Below, in pieces: positions 46,953-56,400 of a DNA stretch of 64,000 nt; position 1 is the first letter of the stretch, and each line of letters begins with the position of its first letter. Origin of the DNA: an uncultured Clostridia bacterium (lineage in GTDB: Bacteria; Bacillota; Clostridia; TANB77; CAG-508); the NCBI GenBank assembly GCA_944386775.1, contig CALXCJ010000002.1:221-64220 (forward strand), written 5' to 3'. The position numbers and the translations under genes were made by a program. The notes under the pieces were generated by a model. It searched no databases and had not been told where the DNA came from. It saw nothing but the letters and a program-made list of their open reading frames with translations.

Positions 46953-48256
46953 TTATTCTTTTTAAAGTTTTCATTGTTTAGTATTTTTAGAATAAAGTCT
47001 GTGTTTGTTTGTATTCCTTCTATTACTAGTTCTGCTACAGCACTTTTTAGTTTTGCTATTGACTCTTCTCTTGTTTTTCCGTGTACTATTATTTTAGCTA
47101 GCATTGAGTCATATGTTGGTGGTACTGTGTATCCTGCATAGATTGCTGTGTCTACTCTTATACCATTTCCTCCTGGTAAGTGCAATCCTGTTATTGTTCC
47201 TGGGCAAGGCATAAAGTTTTTGTCTGGGTTTTCTGCATTTATTCTTGCTTCCATACTGTGACCATCTATTTTTATGTCTTTTTGCATTAAGCTTAATTTT
47301 TCGTCACTTGCTATTTTTATTTGTTCTTTTATTATATCTATACCTGTTACCATTTCTGTTACTGGATGTTCTACTTGGACTCTTGTGTTCATTTCCATAA
47401 AGTAAAAGTCTTTGTTTTTATCTACTAAAAATTCTATTGTTCCGGCATTTGTATAACCTATTTCTTTTGCTGCTTTTACTGCAACTTCTCCCATTTGTTT
47501 TCTTGTTTTGTCATCTAAAATTTCACTTGGAGTTTCTTCTATAATTTTTTGGTTTCTTCTTTGCACTGAACAATCTCTTTCTCCTAGATATACACAATTT
47601 CCTTTTTCATCTGCTAGTATTTGTATTTCTACATGTCTTGGGTTTTCTACAAATTTTTCTAGGTAGATACTGTCATCATTAAATGATATTTTAGCTTCTT
47701 GTTTTACTAAATCATATGCTCTTTCTAATTCTTCTTTTGTGTAGGCGATTCTTATTCCTCTTCCTCCGCCTCCACTTGATGCTTTAAGTAGTACTGGGTA
47801 TTTTATGTTTTCGGCAATTGCTACTGCTTCTTCTTTTGATTTTATTAGTCCATCTGAACCTGGAACTACTGGTACTCCTGCTTTTTTCATTGTTTCTTTT
47901 GCCATTGATTTGTTTCCAAGTAGTTCGATTAATTTGTGATTTGGACCTATAAATTTTAGCCCCATTTCTTCACACATTTTTGCAAAACTTGGATTTTCTG
48001 ATAAAAATCCATAGCCTGGGTGTATACTATCTGCTCCTGTTAAGCATGCTGCTTCTAGTATTGCTTTTACATTTAAATAACTTTTATTAGATGGTGCAGG
48101 TCCTATACATATTGCTTCATCTGCAAGAGTTGTGTGCAAAGCATTTTTGTCTGCTTCTGAATATATTGCAACTGTTCTGATTCCCATTTCTCTGCAAGCT
48201 CTGATGATTCTTACTGCTATTTCACCTCTGTTTGCTATTAATACTTTTTTTAACAT
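46916..48256 (-). CDS. accC: Biotin carboxylase
   Basis: 446-aa ATP-grasp protein beginning MLKKVLIANRGEIAVRIIRACREMGI. Confidence 0.95.
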   Translation of the reverse strand: MLKKVLIANRGEIAVRIIRACREMGIRTVAIYSEADKNALHTTLADEAICIGPAPSNKSYLNVKAILEAACLTGADSIHPGYGFLSENPSFAKMCEEMGLKFIGPNHKLIELLGNKSMAKETMKKAGVPVVPGSDGLIKSKEEAVAIAENIKYPVLLKASSGGGGRGIRIAYTKEELERAYDLVKQEAKISFNDDSIYLEKFVENPRHVEIQILADEKGNCVYLGERDCSVQRRNQKIIEETPSEILDDKTRKQMGEVAVKAAKEIGYTNAGTIEFLVDKNKDFYFMEMNTRVQVEHPVTEMVTGIDIIKEQIKIASDEKLSLMQKDIKIDGHSMEARINAENPDKNFMPCPGTITGLHLPGGNGIRVDTAIYAGYTVPPTYDSMLAKIIVHGKTREESIAKLKSAVAELVIEGIQTNTDFILKILNNENFKKNNYDTSFIQKENL

Positions 48257-48317
48257 TTATATCCTCCTTGTTTTTGTTTCAAGTTTTATTATTTTTTTGA
48301 GTTAAATTATTTGGTTA

Positions 48318-48346
48318 ATTATATATTTTTTGAAATAATTTTTCAA
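48318..48346 (-). promoter_or_regulatory. Sigma-A promoter of the accC-accD-accA-fabI operon
   Basis: The minus strand reads TTGAAA (48346-48341), a 17-nt spacer, then TATAAT (48323-48318), 62 nt upstream of the accC ATG. Confidence 0.6.
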
Positions 48347-48392
48347 TTGGTATAGGTGGTCAGTATGTTATAATTTGTTTTAAAATTAAAAT

Positions 48393-48432
48393 ATGTAGAA
48401 AAATGACATTTTCATTTGTCATTTTCCTACAT
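48393..48432 (-). terminator. 16-bp-stem hairpin (second terminator or operator) upstream of the acc promoter
   Basis: ATGTAGAAAAATGACA pairs with TGTCATTTTCCTACAT with one mismatch. On the minus strand it is followed by ATTTTAATTTT. Confidence 0.45.
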
Positions 48433-48570
48433 AAAATTATACTATTTACAATAGAGCTACTTTAAAATTAATGACAAAAACTCACATGTCCACATCTTCT
48501 TGAGAATTTCTAATTATTTTTTCTTATCAGCTCTAATATTATATACAGATTTTTAAAAACTTCCTCTTAT

Positions 48571-48595
48571 TACAAAAGACAGGAAAATCCTGTCT
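48571..48595 (-). terminator. Terminator of the second GLUG gene
   Basis: AGACAGG pairs with CCTGTCT around a 5-nt loop. On the minus strand it is followed by TTTGTAAT. Confidence 0.55.
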
Positions 48596-48602
48596 AAATC
48601 AA

Positions 48603-50300
48603 TCATTGCCAATATAGTATAGGGTATCTATTATTTATATTATTTGTGTCTTCTTTAAAACTATTTCCTAATGTTACATATAAACTTTGTAATTCTAAAC
48701 TTGTTTTAAAAGAACACTCATTTCCTATTATAGAATTGTTGACTCCGCATAAATCTGTTGTTACGTTTTCTAGAGAATATGAATTATAAATCTTTCCAAT
48801 ATATGTTGTATCTGTTTCTGCATAATAAAATTCATTATTATTTCCAACTAAACTTCCTTTTTTCTCTATTTCTCCATTAACATTTCCAACATTATAGCTA
48901 TTTTCTAATGTTCCTCTATTTAGTCCTATTAATCCTCCAACACATTCATATAAACCTGTTACTGCACCTGTATTATAGCAATTCATAATATTGGATTCAT
49001 TCATTCCAACTAATCCGCCAATATTAGAATTGCCATTTTCATTCTGACCTATCGCTTTTATGTCTCCTGCATTGTAACATTGACTTATTAAAGTATTTAC
49101 AGAATTATATCCACATATTCCACCTACATAGTATTGTGCCTCTACATCTCCAGTTGTATAACAATTATTTATAGCTGATTTTTCTCCTAAATATCCTGTT
49201 ATACCTCCTACCATATTTTCACCATTAACAATTCCTGTATTATAACAATTTACTGCATTTGAATTTAGGTTAACACTACCAACTACTCCTCCTACATGCA
49301 TAGTTCCTGTAACTTCTCCTATATTATAACATTCTTTTATATTAGAATCTTGAGCAACATATCCTGCCACTCCTCCTGTAAATTCACTTGTTCCATTTAT
49401 TCTACCTTCATTATGGCCATTTGTTATAATTGTATTAACATATGCACATCCTACAATTCCAGCACCATATGTTGAATTTATGTTTGCATTATTAGAGCAA
49501 TTGCTTATTACACTATTATTATAAGCATATCCAACAATTGCTGCTGTTGCACTTCCACCAGTTATGTTGCAATTTTCACCTATATTTAAATTAATAACTT
49601 TTCCACTATCTATGAGACCAAACAGCCCTTGTACTTTATTGGTTGTATTTATATAAATTCCATCTACATTATGATTTTTGCCATCAAATATCCCACTAAA
49701 AGGAATATTTGATTCATTATCAGGTGATGAATTTTCATTTAGATATAATCCTATAGGTACCCATAGTTCATTTATATCTAAAGTTATATCATTTACTAAA
49801 TATATATACCAGCCATTATAACTATTTCCTTCATTTACCTTATCTCTAAAATTCTTCAATTCATCTACTGTACTTATTTTTAACATATTTTCTTCTGATA
49901 TTACTTGTTTTTCATCTACATAATACATTCTTTTAGTATCATTCATATTTACTATAAAACTTCCATCACAATTATCTGTAACTGTGAAGTCTTTATTTTT
50001 TCCAAACTGATCTTTTATTGAATTTTCTAGACTTTCTTTTGTTATTTTAAATGTATCAAGATCCTCCATCTTGCTAGACGTTGCAGCCAGTTCAAGTCCT
50101 TCTTTTTCCTGTGTTTTTTCTGTTTTATTCTTACTTTCACTAGCTCTAGTTAAAATTCCATTTTCCCCAGTTAGTGTCGCTATTGCTACTCCTGCAAGGA
50201 TTAGTAAAACTACAATTGTAATTACCAACGCCACCAAAGTAATCCCTCTTTTACCTTTTGTTTTTTCTTTCGTTTCTCTCCCAATTCTTAATTTTTCCAT
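48603..50300 (-). CDS. GLUG-repeat surface protein with pilin-like N-terminal module (paralog)
   Basis: N-terminus MEKLRIGRETKEKTKGKRGITLVALVITIVVLLILAGVAIATLTGENGIL, then repeats of the type VGGI.G......I.NCYN.G.V. Start set at ATG 50300 directly after GGAGGAAAAA. The track ORF uses an upstream TTG. Confidence 0.8.
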   Translation of the reverse strand: MEKLRIGRETKEKTKGKRGITLVALVITIVVLLILAGVAIATLTGENGILTRASESKNKTEKTQEKEGLELAATSSKMEDLDTFKITKESLENSIKDQFGKNKDFTVTDNCDGSFIVNMNDTKRMYYVDEKQVISEENMLKISTVDELKNFRDKVNEGNSYNGWYIYLVNDITLDINELWVPIGLYLNENSSPDNESNIPFSGIFDGKNHNVDGIYINTTNKVQGLFGLIDSGKVINLNIGENCNITGGSATAAIVGYAYNNSVISNCSNNANINSTYGAGIVGCAYVNTIITNGHNEGRINGTSEFTGGVAGYVAQDSNIKECYNIGEVTGTMHVGGVVGSVNLNSNAVNCYNTGIVNGENMVGGITGYLGEKSAINNCYTTGDVEAQYYVGGICGYNSVNTLISQCYNAGDIKAIGQNENGNSNIGGLVGMNESNIMNCYNTGAVTGLYECVGGLIGLNRGTLENSYNVGNVNGEIEKKGSLVGNNNEFYYAETDTTYIGKIYNSYSLENVTTDLCGVNNSIIGNECSFKTSLELQSLYVTLGNSFKEDTNNINNRYPILYWQ

Positions 50301-50418
50301 TTTTTCCTCCAATATTATTTTTTATTAATTTCATTTAATAAAATATCATATTTTTTACTTCCTGTCCATTATTTTTTATCATATTGAATGATATTTTTGT
50401 TTGAATTATACTAATTTT

Positions 50419-50611
50419 ATAATTAAGCTAGAAAATTAATTAAAATTACAAATTTATACTTTGCTACTGAGTAAAGATTTTTCACTAGAATTATTAATAT
50501 TTTTTTAATTTTAAAATAATAATATCCATTCATAATATATTGACTTTTTTTATTTAAAATGCTATATATTTAATTAATATTAAAATATCATTAATTTTCT
50601 AGATTAATTAA
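50419..50611. promoter_or_regulatory. Candidate invertible promoter (inverton 3), OFF relative to the second GLUG gene
   Basis: ATAATTAAG-CTAGAAA-ATTAATTAA (50419-50443) matches the reverse complement of ATCATTAAT-TTTCTAG-ATTAATTAA (50587-50611) at 21/25 positions, with the core exactly inverted. Internal promoter TTGACT-17-TATATA (50540-50568) fires rightwards. Confidence 0.6.
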
Positions 50612-50751
50612 TTTTTTCTATATTATTTACAAATCATCGAAAATTTATTACTCAAATTAGCAATTTATTTATGAAAATTTAAAGCTTTTTCAAATTAAGA
50701 ATTTGGTATAATCATATTATTTTAACACCATCAAAAACGACAATAATTTTA

Positions 50752-50802
50752 AAAGTCCGCACAAAATCCCATTCATCTAGAATCTAAAGAACGTCCCTTG
50801 TA
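50752..50802. repeat. Second copy of the type 2 GC-rich element
   Basis: AAAGTCCGCACAAAATCCCATTCATCTAGAATCTAAAGAACGTCCCTTG aligns block by block with 45746-45800 (AAAGTCCG, AAAATCCC, CTAGA, CGTCCCTT). Confidence 0.6.
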
Positions 50803-50818
50803 GATAATTATAAATATC

Positions 50819-50863
50819 AAAATAATCTTAGACATATTATACACTTAAATCTAAGATTATTTT
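50819..50863. terminator. 14-bp-stem hairpin downstream of the Rpn remnant
   Basis: AAAATAATCTTAGA pairs with TCTAAGATTATTTT around a 17-nt loop. On the plus strand it is followed by ACTTTTTATT. Confidence 0.5.
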
Positions 50864-50890
50864 ACTTTTTATTAAATTCTAATAATATTC

Positions 50891-51289
50891 CTATAATTTT
50901 TCTATTTCACTTTTTGTTAACCCTGTTATTTCTTCTATTTCTTTTACTTGCATTCCTTTAGCTTTCATATTTTTTGCTATTTCTTTTTGTTTCTTTTCTT
51001 CTCCAATCTTTTGTCCTTCTTCTCTCGCTCTTTTCTCTTTTGTAAATTCTTGATATTCTCCCATTACTTTCCAATCGTTTATTCTTTGCATTACTTCATC
51101 TTGACTTATTTCTTCTAGCTTTTCTTTTGCTTTTTTTACTCCTTCATTTTCATCCATTATCTTTTTCACCTCTTCTGATTTTGGATTCTCTAAGAAATAT
51201 AACCACTCTAATAATTTGTCTTCTTTATTTCTTTTTTCCTTATATATCTTAGGTAATTCAATTCGTATATTCAGAATATTCCCCCTCAT
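50891..51289 (-). pseudogene. C-terminal remnant of an Rpn/YhgA-like PD-(D/E)XK recombination-promoting nuclease (putative transposase family)
   Basis: IRIELPKIY...LEWLYFLENP...IAKNMKAKGMQVKEIEEITGLTKSEIEKL matches the C-terminal half of the family. The roughly 170-aa N-terminal nuclease domain is absent. The ORF abuts the stop of the upstream gene. Confidence 0.55.
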
Positions 51290-53464
51290 TTATGTTATCA
51301 TCCTTATAATTTCCGCAACACTCCAAGCTTGTGCTACAGCTCCTTTAGGTTCGAATGGTTTTGCTGAGTCATACATTTCTGAAATGCTTCCTATACAACC
51401 TCTTTCGTTTATTTCTTTGCTAAATACTTTTATTGTATTTATTTTAAATTTTTTTAGTTTCTCTTCTAGTTCTTGTTTTTCTTTTTTCTTCTTAGTTGCT
51501 TTTTCAATATTTTTTAATGTATCATAATACACTCCAAGTAACCAAACCCAAGTTATTCCTTGGTGGTAACTCATATCTCTTTTTTTAGGGTCTCCTTCAT
51601 ATATTTCTACGTAATTGTCTTCTCCCTTTGCTAATGTTTTTAAGCCATAGTCATTTAATAACTTCTTTTCTACAGTGCTCAATATTTCTTTTGCGATGTC
51701 TGAACTTGGATCTATTATTGGGTATGTTAGGCTTAAGGCAAATAGTTGATTTGGTCTTATTTTGCTGTCTCCTAGAACGTCATATAAACATTTTCTTTTT
51801 TTATTGTAAAATTTTTCTTCAAATGACATTTTGCATTTTTTTGCTAATTGTTTATATTTTCTTGATTGTATTATTTTTCCAAATCTTAATGATAATTCAC
51901 TCATTATCATTAATGCATTATACCACATGCTATTTACTTCTACTGCTTTTCCGTTTCTTGGGGTTACTGCATAATTTCCGATTTTTGCATCCATCCAAGT
52001 ATTTTGTGTGTTTTCTGTTCCTGATACTAGTAAAAAGTCTGTGTCTAAATATATGTTATTATTGTCAACATCTATTCCTGTTATGTAGTTTTCAATTATG
52101 TTTTCTAGTTTTGGGTATATTTCTTCTACATAGTCGTAGTCGTCTGTGTAAGTTAAATATTTTTTTATTTGCTCTATTAAAAGTAGTGATGCATCTACAC
52201 TATTGTATAATGGTCTATTGTCAAATCCTGAATATCCATTTGGTACTAGTCCATATTTTATGTCTCTCATCATGGTTTCTAGTATTTCTTTTGCTATATC
52301 ATATCTTTTAGTTTTTAAGAGCAATCCTTCTAATGATATTAATGAGTCTCTTCCCCAGTCTAAAAACCAGTGGTAACCTGCAATTATGGTGTGAAGTCTA
52401 AATGATGGTCTATATGCAATAAAATCATCTGATGAATTAATAAGAGCTTTTAGAAGTTCTTTCCTTGTTTTTTCTATGTTGTCATCTGATAATATATCAT
52501 TTTTTGATAAATTTATATTGCTCTTTGCTGATTTTTTTTCTATGCTATCATCAAATAATATATTATTTGATGAGTTTATTTTGCTTTTTGCTAGGATTTT
52601 AGAACTTTTTTCTGGTATTATACCATTTTTTGATAAGTCTATTTTTTCATCTAATAATTCTGTTTTATTAATTATTTTACTTTTTCTTTGTTTTTCTTTT
52701 TCAATTATAGTTTTAGCATCAATTTCATCAATATTGTCTTCAAATGAACATACAAATGTAATTTCTTTGTTTTCATTTGGTGCAATTTTAACTTCAAATA
52801 CTCCTGGGACACAATGGTTTTCTTCTGGGTAAAAACCTCTTTTTTGTTCTTCTATATAGAACATATTTTTAAAAATATCGTTTTGATGTTCTATATATTT
52901 TCCTTCTGATAAATGCATATAAATTGGTGTTTGGCTATTTGAGTTTAAAATTACTTTTACTTTTGTTTTATTTATATTTTGTTTTAAGTTAAAATTCCAA
53001 TTTGTACTCATTGAATGGAAATCTCTAAAATTGATTATTGGTGCTAAGAGCAGTTTTGCGTAATCCATTCCATTTTCTACTTTATATCTAATACAAACTG
53101 TATTTTTTCCATATTCCATACATATTGTTTTTTGGATAGTTGTGTTTTTTACTTTGTATGTATATGTTGGCACACAGTCAAATTCAAAGCTTTCTTGGTA
53201 TTCAAAACCTTTTGATATAAAGTTGTCTCCTATATTTGAATACAAGTCATAGCTTTGGTTTCCTATTGTGATGCTTTCATCGACCTTTGATAATATTAAA
53301 TATCTTCTTGCAGGTGGGGTTAATGGTGCAATAAGTAAACCATGATATTTTCTTGTGTTTACTCCTATAATTGTAGAACTTGCAAATCCTCCTAAGCCAT
53401 TTGTAATTAACCATTCTCTTTGCAAACCTTTTTCTAAATTTAAATTTTCCTTGGTAACTTTCAT
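51290..53464 (-). CDS. Glycogen debranching enzyme (amylo-alpha-1,6-glucosidase family)
   Basis: N-terminus REWLITNGLGGFASSTIIGVNTRKYHGLLIAPL, and a C-terminal (alpha/alpha)6 region with YHQGITWVWLLG and AQAWSVAE. It contains a low-complexity insert with an internal 66-bp duplication. Confidence 0.8.
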   Translation of the reverse strand: MKVTKENLNLEKGLQREWLITNGLGGFASSTIIGVNTRKYHGLLIAPLTPPARRYLILSKVDESITIGNQSYDLYSNIGDNFISKGFEYQESFEFDCVPTYTYKVKNTTIQKTICMEYGKNTVCIRYKVENGMDYAKLLLAPIINFRDFHSMSTNWNFNLKQNINKTKVKVILNSNSQTPIYMHLSEGKYIEHQNDIFKNMFYIEEQKRGFYPEENHCVPGVFEVKIAPNENKEITFVCSFEDNIDEIDAKTIIEKEKQRKSKIINKTELLDEKIDLSKNGIIPEKSSKILAKSKINSSNNILFDDSIEKKSAKSNINLSKNDILSDDNIEKTRKELLKALINSSDDFIAYRPSFRLHTIIAGYHWFLDWGRDSLISLEGLLLKTKRYDIAKEILETMMRDIKYGLVPNGYSGFDNRPLYNSVDASLLLIEQIKKYLTYTDDYDYVEEIYPKLENIIENYITGIDVDNNNIYLDTDFLLVSGTENTQNTWMDAKIGNYAVTPRNGKAVEVNSMWYNALMIMSELSLRFGKIIQSRKYKQLAKKCKMSFEEKFYNKKRKCLYDVLGDSKIRPNQLFALSLTYPIIDPSSDIAKEILSTVEKKLLNDYGLKTLAKGEDNYVEIYEGDPKKRDMSYHQGITWVWLLGVYYDTLKNIEKATKKKKEKQELEEKLKKFKINTIKVFSKEINERGCIGSISEMYDSAKPFEPKGAVAQAWSVAEIIRMIT

Positions 53465-53535
53465 TCTTTTTTCTCCTATAATTTTTTATTTTTAATTTAT
53501 TCTTTGTGTACTTCCGTCATATATTACTTTGTTTT

Positions 53536-55158
53536 CTACTTTTTCCTATTTAATTTGCTTTTTTTAAGTTCTTTTAACATTTCATTTCTTATTTCTTCTT
53601 TACTTTTTTTATTTTTCTGTGTATTTGATGCTTTTTTTCTTTGCATGCTTTTTTGCTTCATTTTTTCATCTGCCATTTTTATTGATTCAATTCTGTCACT
53701 ATATTTTGCACTAAATTTGCTTTTTGTTCGTTTCTTATTTTCTGGTTTATTCTTATTTGATGATTTTGATTGCTTATTTTCTTCACTTTTCATTTTTTTC
53801 TTGATTTTTTGTATTCTTTTATCTTCTTTTAATTTATTATTTAACATCAAATATTGTGGATCATTTTGTTTATCTTGATATTTTAAGTCATCACAAATTA
53901 GTTCGATTATTGATGATGCAACCAAATTTGGGTCATGCCTTATATATCCGTCTGATACAGTTGCTAAATTCCTTCTTAAGAATCTTATTCCTTTTATTTT
54001 GTCTATATTTTGCTCTACTAAATCTTGACCTTCAATATTATATTTTTTTATGATTTCTGGAACTATTTCACCTGTATCATAAATACAATAGTCAATAACT
54101 CCTTTTCCACAATGATCAATTATTGCTTGCAAGTGTTCTGATACACCATAATTATCTGTTTGACCTGGTTCTGTCATTATATTACTTACATATACTTTTA
54201 TTGCAATTGATTCTTTTATTGCTTTTGCTACACCATTTACTAAAAGGTTTGGTATAACATTTGTATATAGACTTCCAGGACCTATTATTATACAATCTGC
54301 ATTTTTTATTGCTTCTATTACTCCTGGTGCTGGCTTGCAATTTGATGGGTTTAGATATATTCTATTGATTTTTGTGACTTTTTCATATGTTATTTCTGGT
54401 ATTTTTGATTTTTCTGTGACTACATATCCATTTTCAAGTTCTGCTGTTATATTCATTTCGTCTAGTGTCACTGGTATTACTTTTCCTACTATGTTTAATA
54501 TTTCATTGCTTTTAATTATTGAATCTGCAAAACTATTATTTACTTCTTTCATTCCTAAAAAATATATATCTGAAAAGTTTAGTCCTCTTAATTTTCCAGA
54601 TGCAAATTTGTAATTAAAAAGTTTTGAGATTTCTTCTTCATTGTTTGCAAGTGATATAATACTTCCTACTATATCATCTAGTGGCTTTGTGCCTAGCTCT
54701 TTTCTTGATATACTTGCTTCTTCTCCATAATCTGATATTGTTACTATTGCAGTTAAGTTATTTGTATATTTCTTAAGACCTGTAAGCACAGTATTTAATC
54801 CTGTACCTCCACCTATTACAACTATATTTGGACCTTGGTCATATACTTTTTTGTTAAATATTAATGAATTAATATTTACTTGTTTTCTTTTTTCCATTCT
54901 TTCATCTGTTGATTCTACTAGTACTTCTAAAGTTCTTTTATTTAAGAAAATTAAACCACATACAATTGCTAAAAAACCTACTACAAATATTGCTATAATC
55001 TTTCCTACTTCTTTAAATGTTATTTCCTTTAGTACTAGTATTTCTGCCATGCCAAAACATGCTAATATAATTCCTATTAATATTAAAAGTATCCACCTTT
55101 TCATTTTGTTACTAGATTTAAACCAGTGCATAAATCCTTTCATTTTTTTAAAATCCAC
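53536..55158 (-). CDS. YvcK/CofD-like (UPF0052) protein with two N-terminal TM helices and a roughly 100-aa Lys-rich tail
   Basis: VVIGGGTGLNTVLTGLKKYTNNLTAIVTISDYG and IIIGPGSLYTNVIPNL motifs. The neighbourhood with murB fits a cell-envelope role. Confidence 0.75.
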   Translation of the reverse strand: MDFKKMKGFMHWFKSSNKMKRWILLILIGIILACFGMAEILVLKEITFKEVGKIIAIFVVGFLAIVCGLIFLNKRTLEVLVESTDERMEKRKQVNINSLIFNKKVYDQGPNIVVIGGGTGLNTVLTGLKKYTNNLTAIVTISDYGEEASISRKELGTKPLDDIVGSIISLANNEEEISKLFNYKFASGKLRGLNFSDIYFLGMKEVNNSFADSIIKSNEILNIVGKVIPVTLDEMNITAELENGYVVTEKSKIPEITYEKVTKINRIYLNPSNCKPAPGVIEAIKNADCIIIGPGSLYTNVIPNLLVNGVAKAIKESIAIKVYVSNIMTEPGQTDNYGVSEHLQAIIDHCGKGVIDYCIYDTGEIVPEIIKKYNIEGQDLVEQNIDKIKGIRFLRRNLATVSDGYIRHDPNLVASSIIELICDDLKYQDKQNDPQYLMLNNKLKEDKRIQKIKKKMKSEENKQSKSSNKNKPENKKRTKSKFSAKYSDRIESIKMADEKMKQKSMQRKKASNTQKNKKSKEEIRNEMLKELKKSKLNRKK

Positions 55159-55179
55159 CTTTCATACTACAATTTTTGC

Positions 55180-56136
55180 CTATCTTTTTGATTCTTCCTT
55201 TAATTTTCTTCCTATTATTTCTACTTCTGGTTCTATTGTTTTTCCTGTGCTTTCATATATTTTTGCCTTGGTGTATTCTATTAGTTGTAGTACGTTTTCT
55301 GCTGTTGCATTTCCTTTGTTTATTATAAATCCTGCATGTTTTTCTGAAATTTGTGCATCTCCTATTTTATAACCTTTTAATCCTGCTTCATCTATTAGTT
55401 TCGCTGTTATAAAATCTTTTCCTCTTTTAAATGTACTTCCTGCACTTGGATATTCAAGTGGTTGTGTTTGCTTTCTTTTTTCTTTTAGTTCATCCATTTT
55501 CCTTTTTATTTCTTCTTTTTTTCCTTTTTGCAATTTTATTTTTGTTTCTAATACTATGTATTTTTTTTGCAAGATTATGCTTTTTCTGTATTCGAATTCC
55601 ATTTCTTCATTTTTTAATATTTTTATATTTCCACATCTATCAATTACAGTAACTGTTTCTACTATATCTTTCATTTCTTTTCCGTGAGCTCCTGCATTCA
55701 TTCTTATTGCTCCACCAATTGTTCCAGGTATTCCTGATAGTTCTTCAAAACCTGTAAGTTCCTCGTTTAAAAATTTTTGTGCTACTTCTGATACTTTATT
55801 TCCAGCACCTAATATTATTTCTATATTTTTTATATTTGATGTATTATTATACGTTTTTTCTATTTTTTCATATTTTTTTATATTAATTTCTGCAACTATT
55901 CCTTCTATGCCATAATCTGAGACAAGTATATTGCTTCCATTTCCTATTATTGTTAATTTTATATTGTTTTCATTAACAATTTTTAGTATTTCTTTTAATT
56001 CTTCTACGGTTTTTACTTTTATATAGCAATCTGCAAGACCACCAATTTTAAATGTTGTGTGATTTTTCATTGGCTCTTGATATTTTATATTTTCTTTTGG
56101 TATTTGTGAAGTGTTTAAAATTTCTTCTATATTCAA
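55180..56136 (-). CDS. murB: UDP-N-acetylenolpyruvoylglucosamine reductase
   Basis: FAD-binding domain (HTTFKIGG, GNGSNIL) and C-terminal GSTFKR and GDAQISEKHAGFIIN motifs. Confidence 0.9.
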   Translation of the reverse strand: MNIEEILNTSQIPKENIKYQEPMKNHTTFKIGGLADCYIKVKTVEELKEILKIVNENNIKLTIIGNGSNILVSDYGIEGIVAEINIKKYEKIEKTYNNTSNIKNIEIILGAGNKVSEVAQKFLNEELTGFEELSGIPGTIGGAIRMNAGAHGKEMKDIVETVTVIDRCGNIKILKNEEMEFEYRKSIILQKKYIVLETKIKLQKGKKEEIKRKMDELKEKRKQTQPLEYPSAGSTFKRGKDFITAKLIDEAGLKGYKIGDAQISEKHAGFIINKGNATAENVLQLIEYTKAKIYESTGKTIEPEVEIIGRKLKEESKR

Positions 56137-56256
56137 TTCACCATCTCCTATTTCTATATAATTTTTATTAATTATATTTTTTAGATAATTGATTTATATA
56201 AATATATAAATTTCTTCCTTAATCTTGTGATTTTATATTTTTTTAATTAATATGTT

Positions 56257-56400
56257 TTTTATAAATTAACTTATAGTTATCTTATAAAGTATCTATACTA
56301 TTTTATGAATTAGCTTATAACTATCTTATAAAGTAACTTATACTATTTTATAAATTTGCTTATACTTATTTTACAAATATTTTTTATTAGTCACGACTTT
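56257..56400. repeat. Three 44-45 bp tandem units ending in the 3' end of the small pilin-like gene
   Basis: TTTTATAAATTAACTTATAGTTATCTTATAAAGTATCTATACTA-like units start at 56257, 56301 and 56346. Confidence 0.7.
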
